NCBI RefSeq assembly: GCF_964355755.1
Contig: NC_092670.1
Coordinates: 27,640,388-27,704,387, forward strand
Reading direction: 5' to 3'
Source of the DNA: Antedon mediterranea
Lineage: Eukaryota; Animalia; Echinodermata
DNA: 64,000 nt
The stretch's first letter is position 1. Each line of letters begins with the position of its first letter. This document shows positions 1 through 9,769 of the stretch, one piece after another. Both the position numbers and the translations under genes were made by a program. Below the pieces are notes generated by a model. That model did not search any database, had not been told where the DNA came from, and was given only the letters and a program-made list of their open reading frames with translations.

Positions 1-798
1 TTTTAAATACGATATTAAGCTATTTTGTGCTCTTTGATGTTTTTGTGTGAAAAGCTTTATCGAAATGCTCAAAATGGTCTAAAACGGTTTCTAATGTGAT
101 TTTAAGCACTTTGATGTTTTTATGTTAACAACTTTTTTAGAAAATTACAAAATGGTGTAAAACGTCTCCAAATGCGATTTGAAGCTATTCTAAGCAATTT
201 GGTGTTTTTATGTTAACAAGTTTTTTCGAAAATCACAAAATGGTCTAAAACGTCTCCAAATGCGATTTGAAGCTATTCTAAGCACTTTTGTGTTTTTATG
301 TTAACAAGTTTTTTCGAAAATCACAAAATGGTCTAAAATGTCTCCAAATGCGATTTGAAGCTTTTCTAAGCACTTTTGTGTTTTTATGTTTACAAGTTTT
401 TTCGAAAATCACAAAATGGTCTAAAACGTCTCCAAATGCGATTTGAAGCTATTCTGTACACTTTGCTGTTTTGTGTGAATAATTTTTGTCAAAATGCTCA
501 AAATGGTCAAAAACGTTTTTAAATACTATATTAAGCTATTTTGTGTTCTTTGATGTTTTTATGTGAAAAGTTTTATCGAAATGCTCAAAATGGTCTAAAA
601 CGGTTTCTAATGTGATTTTAAGAACTTTGATGTTTTTATGTTAAAAACTTTTTTAGAAAATCACAAAATGGTCTAAAACGTCTCCAAATGCGATTTGAAG
701 CTTTTCTAAGCACTTTGGTGTTTTTATGTTAACAAGTTTTTTCGAAAATCACAAAATGGTCTAAAACGTCTCCAAATGCGATTTGAAGCTATTCTGTA

Positions 799-885
799 CA
801 CTTTGCTGTTTTGTGTGAATAATTTTTGTCGAAATGCTCAAAATGGTCAAAAACGTTTTTAAATACGATATTAAGCTATTTTGTG
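799..885 (+). repeat. Representative type-B monomer (87 bp, diverged)
   Basis: CACTTTGCTGTTTTGTGTGAATAATTTTTGTCGAAATGCTCAAAATGGTCAAAAACGTTTTTAAATACGATATTAAGCTATTTTGTG. Colinear with A but 1 bp shorter, with many fixed differences and a TTTAAA (DraI) site. Confidence 0.95.
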
Positions 886-962
886 CTCTTTGATGTTTTT
901 GTGTGAAAAGTTTTATCGAAATGCTCAAAATGGTCTAAAACGGTTTCTAATGTGATTTTAAG
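886..962 (+). repeat. Representative type-C monomer (77 bp, diverged, 10-bp deletion)
   Basis: CTCTTTGATGTTTTTGTGTGAAAAGTTTTATCGAAATGCTCAAAATGGTCTAAAACGGTTTCTAATGTGATTTTAAG. It lacks the CTATTCTAAG segment of A, shares GAAATGCTCAAAATGG with B, and follows B wherever checked. Confidence 0.95.
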
Positions 963-3900
963 CACTTTGATGTTTTTATGTTAACAACTTTTTTCGAAAA
1001 TCACAAAATGGTCTAAAACGTCTCCAAATGCGATTTGAAGCTATTCTAAGCACTTTGGTGTTTTTATGTTAACAAGTTTTTTCGAAAATCACAAAATGGT
1101 GTAAAACGTCTCCAAATGCGATTTGAAGCTATTCTAAGCAATTTTGTGTTTTTATGTTAACAAGTTTTTTCGAAAATCACAAAATGGTCTAAAACGTCTC
1201 CAAATGCGATTTGAAGCTATTCTAAGCACTTTTGTGTTTTTATGTTAACAAGTTTTTTCGAAAATCACAAAATGGTCTAAAATGTCTCAAAATGCGATTT
1301 GAAGCTATTCTGTACACTTTGCTGTTTTGTGTGAATAATTTTTGTCAAAATGCTCAAAATGGTCAAAAACGTTTTTAAATACTATATTAAGCTATTTTGT
1401 GTTCTTTGATGTTTTTGTGTGAAAAGTTTTTTCGAAATGCTCAAAATGGTCTAAAACGGTTTCTAATGTGATTTTAAGCACTTTGATGTTTTTATGTTAA
1501 CAACTTTTTTAGAAAATTACAAAATGGTCTAAAACGTCTCCAAATGCGATTTGAAGCAATTCTAAGCACTTTGGTGTTTTTATGTTAACAAGTTTTTTCG
1601 AAAATCACAAAATGGTCTAAAACGTCTCCAAATGCGATTTGAAGCTATTCGGTACACTTTGCTGTTTTGTGTGAATAATTTTTGTTGAAATGCTCAAAAT
1701 GGTCAAAAACGTTTTTAAATACGATATTAAGCTATTTTGTGCTCTTTGATGTTTTTGTGTGAAAAGTTTTATCGAAATGCTCAAAATGGTCTAAAACGGT
1801 TTCTAATGTGATTTTAAGCACTTTGGTGTTTTTATGTTAACAAGTTTTTTCGAAAATCACAAAATGGTCTAAAATGTCTCCAAATGCGATCTGAAGCTTT
1901 TCTAAGCACTTTGGTGTTTTTATGTTAACAAGTTTTTTCGAAAATCACAAAATGGTCTAAAACGTCTCCAAATGTGATTTGAAGCTATTCTAAACACTTT
2001 GATGTTTTTATGTTAACAAGTTTTTTCGAAAATCACAAATTGGTCTAAAACGTCTCCAAATGCGATTTGAAGCTATTTTAAGCACTTTGGTTTTTTTGTG
2101 TAACCAAGTTTTTTCGAAAATCACAAAAGGGTCTAAAATGTCTCAAAATGCGATTTGAAGCTATTCTGTACACTTTGATGTTTTTTTGTTAACAAGTTTT
2201 TTCGAAAGTCACAAAATGGTCTAAAAAGTCTCCAAATGCGATTTGAAGCTATTCTAAGCACTTTGGTGTTTTTATGTTAACAAGTTTTATCGAAAATCAC
2301 AAAATGGTGTAAAACGTCTCCAAATGCGATTTGAAGCTATTCTAAGCACTTTGGTGTTTTTATGTTAACAAGTTTTTTCGAAAATCACAAAATGGTGTAA
2401 AACGTCTCCAAATGCGATTTTAAGCTATTCTAAGCAATTTGGTGTTTTTATGTTAACAAGTTTTTTCGAAAATCACAAAATGGTCTAAAACGTCTCCAAA
2501 TGCGATTTGAAGCTATTCTGTACACTTTGCTGTTTTGTGAGAATAATTTTTGTCGAAATGCTCAAAATGGTCAAAAACGTTTTTAAATACGATATTAAGC
2601 TATTTTGTGCTCTTTGATGTTTTTGTGTGAAAAGTTTTATCGAAATGCTCAAAATGGTCTAAAACGGTTTCTAATGTGATTTTAAGCACTTTGATGTTTT
2701 TATGTTAACAACTTTTTTAGAAAATTACAAAATGGTGTAAAACGTCTCCAAATGCGATTTGAAGCTATTCTAAGCAATTTCGTGTTTTTATGTTAACAAG
2801 TTTTTTCGAAAATCACAAAATGGTCTAAAACGTCTCCAAATGCGATTTGAAGCTATTCTAAGCACTTTTGTGTTTTTATGTTAACAAGTTTTTTCGAAAA
2901 TCACAAAATGGTCTAAAACGTCTCCAAATGCGATTTGAAGCTATTCTGTACACTTTGCTGTTTTGTGTGAATAATTTTTTGTCGAAATGCTCAAAATGGT
3001 CAAAAACGTTTTTAAATACGATATTAAGCTATTTTGTGCTCTTTGATGTTTTTGTGTGAAAAGTTTTATCGAAATGCTCAAAATGGTCTAAAACGGTTTC
3101 TAATGTGATTTTAAGCACTTTGATGTTTTTATGTTAACAACTTTTTTAGAAAATCACAAAATGGTCTAAAACGTCTCCAAATGCGATTTGAAGCAATTCT
3201 AAGCACTTTGGTGTTTTTATGGTAACGAGTTTTTTTGAATATCACAAAATGGTCTAAAACGTCTCCAAATGCGATTTGAAGCTTTTCTAAGCACTTTGGT
3301 GTTTTTATGTTTACAAGTTTTTTCGAAAATCACAAAATGGTCTAAAACGGCTCCAAATACGATTTGAAGCTATTCTAAGCACTTTGGTGTTTTTATGTTA
3401 ACAAGTTTTTTCGAAAATCACAAAATGGTCTAAAACGTCTCCAAATGCGATTTGAAGCTATTCTAAGCACTTTGGTGTTTTTATGTTAACAAGTTTTTTC
3501 GAAAATCACAAAATGGTGTAAAACGTCTCCAAATGCGATTTGAAGCTATTCTAAGCACTTTTGTGTTTTTATGTTAACAAGTTTTTTCGAAAATCACAAA
3601 ATGGTCTAAAATGTCTCAAAATGCGATTTGAAGCTATTCTGTACACTTTGCTGTTTTGTGTGAATAATTTTTGTCAAAATGCTCAAAATGGTCAAAAACG
3701 TTTTTAAATACTATATTAAGCTATTTTGTGTTCTTTGATGTTTTTGTGTGAAAAGTTTTTTCGAAATGCTCAAAATGGTCTAAAACGGTTTCTAATGTGA
3801 TTTTAAGCACTTTGATGTTTTTATGTTAACAACTTTTTTAGAAAATTACAAAATGGTCTAAAACGTCTCCAAATGCGATTTGAAGCAATTCTAAGCACTT

Positions 3901-5191
3901 TGGTGTTTTTATGTTAACAAGTTTTTTCGAAAATCACAAAATGGTCTAAAACGTCTCCAAATGCGATTTGAAGCTATTCTGTACACTTTGCTGTTTTGTG
4001 TGAATAATTTTTGTTGAAATGCTCAAAATGGTCAAAAACGTTTTTAAATACGATATTAAGCTATTTTGTGCTCTTTGATGTTTTTGTGTGAAAAGTTTTA
4101 TCGAAATGCTCAAAATGGTCTAAAACGGTTTCTAATGTGATTTTAAGCACTTTGGTGTTTTTATGTTAACAAGTTTTTTCGAAAATCACAAAATGGTCTA
4201 AAACGTCTCCAAATGTGATTTGAAGCTATTCTAAACACTTTGGTGTTTTTATGTTAACAAGTTTTTTCGAAAATCACAAATTGGTCTAAAACGTCTCCAA
4301 ATGCGATTTGAAGCTATTTTAAGCACTTTGGTGTTTTTGTGTAACCAAGTTTTTTCGAAAATCACAAAAGGGTCTAAAATGTCTCAAAATGCGATTTGAA
4401 GCTATTCTGTACACTTTGATGTTTTTTTGTTAACAAGTTTTTTCGAAAGTCACAAAATGGTCTAAAAAGTCTCCAAATGCGATTTGAAGCTATTCTAAGC
4501 ACTTTGGTGTTTTTATGTTAACAAGTTTTATCGAAAATCACAAAATGGTGTAAAACGTCTCCAAATGCGATTTGAAGCTATTCTAAGCACTTTGGTGTTT
4601 TTATGTTAACAAGTTTTTTCGAAAATCACAAAATGGTGTAAAACGTCTCCAAATGCGATTTTAAGCTATTCTAAGCAATTTGGTGTTTTTATGTTAACAA
4701 GTTTTTTCGAAAATCACAAAATGGTCTAAAACGTCTCCAAATGCGATTTGAAGCTATTCTGTACACTTTGCTGTTTTGTGAGAATAATTTTTGTCGAAAT
4801 GCTCAAAATGGTCAAAAACGTTTTTAAATACGATATTAAGCTATTTTGTGCTCTTTGATGTTTTTGTGTGAAAAGTTTTATCGAAATGCTCAAAATGGTC
4901 TAAAACGGTTTCTAATGTGATTTTAAGCACTTTGATGTTTTTATGTTAACAACTTTTTTAGAAAATTACAAAATGGTGTAAAACGTCTCCAAATGCGATT
5001 TGAAGCTATTCTAAGCAATTTCGTGTTTTTATGTTAACAAGTTTTTTCGAAAATCACAAAATGGTCTAAAACGTCTCCAAATGCGATTTGAAGCTATTCT
5101 AAGCACTTTTGTGTTTTTATGTTAACAAGTTTTTTCGAAAATCACAAAATGGTCTAAAATGTCTCCAAATGCGATTTTAAGGTATTCTAAG

Positions 5192-5279
5192 CACTTTGGT
5201 GTTTTTATGTTAACAAGTTTTTTCGAAAATCACAAAATGGTCTAAAACGTCTCCAAATGCGATTTGAAGCTATTCTAAG
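5192..5279 (+). repeat. Representative type-A monomer (88 bp)
   Basis: CACTTTGGTGTTTTTATGTTAACAAGTTTTTTCGAAAATCACAAAATGGTCTAAAACGTCTCCAAATGCGATTTGAAGCTATTCTAAG; the next CACTTTGG starts at 5280. The 88-bp period is also seen for AATCAC at 231 and 319. 28/88 bases are G+C. Confidence 0.97.
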
Positions 5280-8200
5280 CACTTTGGTGTTTTTATGTTA
5301 ACAAGTTTTTTCGAAAATCACAAAATGGTGTAAAACTTCTCCAAATACGATTTTAAGCTATTCTAAGCAATTTGGTGTTTTTATGTTAACAACTTTTTTA
5401 GAAAATCACAAAATGGTATAAAACGTCTCCAAATACGATTTGAAGCAATTCTAAGCACTTTGGTGTTTTTATGTTAACAAGTTTTTTCGAAAATCACAAA
5501 ATGGTCTAAAATGTCTCCAAATGCGATTTTAAGGTATTCTAAGCACTTTGGTGTTTTTATGGTAACGAGTTATTTTGAAAATCACAAAATGGTCTAAAAC
5601 GTCTCCAAATGCGATTTGAAGCTATTCTGTACACTTTGCTGTTTTGTGTGAATAATTTTTGTCAAAATGCTCAAAATGGTCAAAAACGTTTTTAAATACT
5701 ATATTAAGCTATTTTGTGCTCTTTGATGTTTTTGTGTGAAAAGTTTTATCGAAATGCTCAAAATGGTCTAAAACGGTTTCTAATGTGATTTTAAGCACTT
5801 TGATGTTTTTATGTTAACAACTTTTTTAGAAAATTACAAAATGGTGTAAAACGTCTCCAAATGCGATTTGAAGCTATTCTAAGCAATTTCGTGTTTTTAT
5901 GTTAACAAGTTTTTTCGAAAATCACAAAATGGTCTAAAACGTCTCCAAATGCGATTTGAAGCTATTCTAAGCACTTTTGTGTTTTTATGTTAACAAGTTT
6001 TTTCGAAAATCACAAAATGGTCTAAAATGTCTCCAAATGCGATTTGAAGCTTTTCTAAGCACTTTTGTGTTTTTATGTTTACAAGTTTTTTCGAAAATCA
6101 CAAAATGGTCTAAAACGTCTCCAAATGCGATTTGAAGCTATTCTGTACACTTTGCTGTTTTGTGTGAATAATTTTTGTCAAAATGCTCAAAATGGTCAAA
6201 AACGTTTTTAAATACTATATTAAGCTATTTTGTGTTCTTTGATGTTTTTATGTGAAAAGTTTTATCGAAATGCTCAAAATGGTCTAAAACGGTTTCTAAT
6301 GTGATTTTAAGAACTTTGATGTTTTTATGTTAAAAACTTTTTTAGAAAATCACAAAATGGTCTAAAACGTCTCCAAATGCGATTTGAAGCAATTCTAAGC
6401 ACTTTGGTGTTTTTATGTTAACACGTTTTTTCGAAAATCACAAAATGGTCTAAAACGTCTCCAAATGCGATTTGAAGCTATTCTAAGCACTTTTGTGTTT
6501 TTATGTTAACAAGTTTTTTCGAAAATCACAAAATGGTCTAAAATGTCTCCAAATGCGATTTTAAGGTATTCTAAGCACTTTGGTGTTTTTATGTTAACAA
6601 GTTTTTTTGAAAATCACAAAATGGTCTAAAACGTCTACAAATGCGATTTGAAGCTATTCTAAGCACTTTGGTGTTTTTATGTTAACAAGTTTTTTCGAAA
6701 ATCACAAAATGGTATAAAACGTCTCCAAATGCGATTTGAAGATTTTCTAAGCACTTTGGTGTTTTTATGTTTACAAGTTTTTTCGAAAATCACAAAATGG
6801 TCTAAAACGTCTCCAAATGCGATTTGAAGCTATTCTGTACACTTTGCTGTTTTGTGTGAATAATTTTGTCAAAATGCTCAAAATGGTCAAAAACGTTTTT
6901 AAATACTATATTAAGCTATTTTGTGTTCTTTGATGTTTTTGTGTGAAAAGTTTTATCGAAATGCTCAAAATGGTCTAAAACGGTTTCTAATGAAATGATT
7001 TTAAGAACTTTGATGTTTTTATGTTAACAACTTTTTTAGAAAATCACAAAATGGTCTAAAACGTCTCCAAATGCGATTTGAAGCAATTCTAAGCACTTTG
7101 GTGTTTTTATGTTAACAAGTTTTTTCGAAAATCACAAAATGGTATAAAACCTCTCCAAATACGATTTTAAGGTATTCTAAGCACTTTGGTGTTTTTATGT
7201 TAACAAGTTTGTTCGAAAATCACAAAATGGTCTAAAACGTCTACAAATGCGATTTGAAGCTATTCTAAGCACTTTGGTGTTTTTATGTTAACAAGTTTTT
7301 TCGAAAATCACAAAATGGTATAAAACGTCTCCAAATGAGATTTTAAGGTATTCTAAGCACTTTGGTGTTTTTATGTTAACAAGTTTTTTCGAAAATCACA
7401 AAATGGTCTAAAACGTCTACAAATGCGATTTGAAGCTATTCTAAGCACTTTGGTGTTTTTATGTTAACAAGTTTTTTCGAAAATCACAAAATGGTATAAA
7501 ACGTCTCCAAATGCGATTTTAAGCTATTCTAAGCAATTTGGTGTTTTTATGTTAACAAGTTTTTTCGAAAATCACAAAATGGTCGAAAATGTCACAAAAT
7601 GCGATTTGAAGCTATTCTAAGCACTTTGGTGTTATTATGTTAACAAGTTTTTTCGAAAATCACAAATTGGTCTAAAACGTCTCCAAATGCGATTTGAAGC
7701 TATTTTAAGCACTTTGGTGTTTTTGTGTAACCAAGTTTTTTCGAAAATCACAAAATGGTGTAAAACGTCTCCAAATGCGATTTGAAGCTATTCTAAGCAC
7801 TTTGCTGTTTTGTGTGAATAATTTTTGTCGAAATGCTCAAAATGGTCAAAAACGTTTTTAAATACGATATTAAGCTATTTTGTGCACTTTGATGTTTTTG
7901 TGTGAAAAGTTTTATCGAAATGCTCAAAATGGTCTAAAACGGTTTCTAATGTGATTTTAAGCACTTTGATGTTTTTATGTTAACAACTTTTTTAGAAAAT
8001 CACAAAATGGTCTAAAACGTCTCCAAATGCGATTTGAAGCAATTCTAAGCACTTTGGTGTTTTTATGGTAACGAGTTATTTCGAAAATCACAAAATGGTC
8101 TAAAACGTCTCCAAATGCGATTTGAAGCTATTCTGTACACTTTGCTGTTTTGTGTGAATAATTTTTGTCAAAATGCTCAAAATGGTCAAAAACGTTTTTT

Positions 8201-9769
8201 AATACTATATTAAGCTATTTTGTGCTCTTTGATGTTTTTGTGTGAAAAGTTTTATCGAAATGCTCAAAATGGTCTAAAACGGTTTCTAATGTGATTTTAA
8301 GCACTTTGATGTTTTTATGTTAACAACTTTTTTAGAAAATTACAAAATGGTGTAAAACGTCTCCAAATGCGATTTGGAGCTATTCTAAGCACTTTGGTGT
8401 TTTTATGGTAACGAGTTTTTTTGAATATCACAAAATGGTCTAAAATGTCTCCAAATGCGATTTGAAGCTTTTCTAAGCACTTTGGTGTTTTTATGTTAAC
8501 AAGTTTTTTCGTAAATCACAAAATGGTCTAAAACGTCTCCAAATGTGATTTGAAGCTATTCTAAACACTTTGGTGTTTTTATGTTAACAAGTTTTTTCGA
8601 AAATCACAAATTGGTCTAAAACGTCTCCAAATGCGATTTGAAGCTAGTTTAAGCACTTTTGTGTTTTTGTGTAACCAAGTTTTTTCGAAAATCACAAAAG
8701 GGTCTAAAATGTCTCAAAATGCGATTTGAAGCTATTCTGTACACTTTGATGTTTTTTTTGTTAACAAGTTTTTTCGAAAGTCACAAAATGGTCTAAAACG
8801 TCTCCAAATGCGATTTGAAGCTATTCTAAGCACTTTGGTGTTTTTATGTTAACAAGTTTTTTCGAAAATCACAAAATGGTGTAAAACGTCTCCAAATGCG
8901 ATTTGAAGCTATTCTAAGCAATTTGGTGTTTTTATGTTAACAAGTTTTTTCGAAAATCACAAAATGGTGTAAAACGTCTCTAAATGCGATTTTAAGCTAT
9001 TCTAAGCAATTTGGTGTTTTTTTATGTTAACAAGTTTTTTCGAAAATCACAAAATGGTCTAAAACGTCTCCAAATGCGATTTGAAGCTATTCTGTACACT
9101 TTGCTGTTTTGTGAGAATAATTTTTGTCGAAATGCTCAAAATGGTCAAAAACGTTTTTAAATACGATATTAAGCTATTTTGTGCTCTTTGATGTTTTTGT
9201 GTGAAAAGTTTTATCGAAATGCTCAAAATGGTCTAAAACGGTTTCTAATGTGATTTTAAGCACTTTGGTGTTTTTATGTTAACAAGTTTTTTCGAAAATC
9301 ACAAAATGGTCTAAAACGTCTCCAAATGTGATTTGAAGCTATTCAAAACACTTTGGTGTTTTTATGTTAACAAGTTTTTTCGAAAATCACAAATTGGTCT
9401 AAAACGTCTCCAAATGCGATTTGAAGCTATTTTAAGCACTTTGGTTTTTTTGTGTAACCAAGTTTTTTCGAAAATCACAAAAGGGTCTAAAATGTCTCAA
9501 AATGCGATTTGAAGCTATTCTGTACACTTTGATGTTTTTTTGTTAACAAGTTTTTTCGAAAGTCACAAAATGGTCTAAAATGTCTCCAAATGCGATTTTA
9601 AGGTATTCTAAGCACTTTGGTGTTTTTATGTTAACAAGTTTTTTCGAAAATCACAAAATGGTCTAAAACGTCTCCAAATGCGATTTGAAGCTATTCTGTA
9701 CACTTTGCTGTTTTGTGTGAATAATTTTTGTTGAAATGCTCAAAATGGTCAAAAACGTTTTTAAATACG

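Noticed and set aside
2868-3059. Six identical 63-aa plus-strand ORFs (2868, 12650, 20593, 30436, 40990, 59923)
   Set aside because: They lie entirely in satellite monomers and start at TTG. They are open only because one B variant has an extra T (AATAATTTTTTGTCG). Their identity reflects array duplication, so I used them only as position markers.
5222-5238. CENP-B box-like motif at TTCGAAAATCACAAA
   Set aside because: Only TTCG matches the TTCG-N4-A-N2-CGGG core. The A and CGGG positions do not match.
5192-5279. 88-mer as a direct dimer of a 44-bp subunit
   Set aside because: The two halves show no convincing direct similarity. Only the inverted relationship is apparent.
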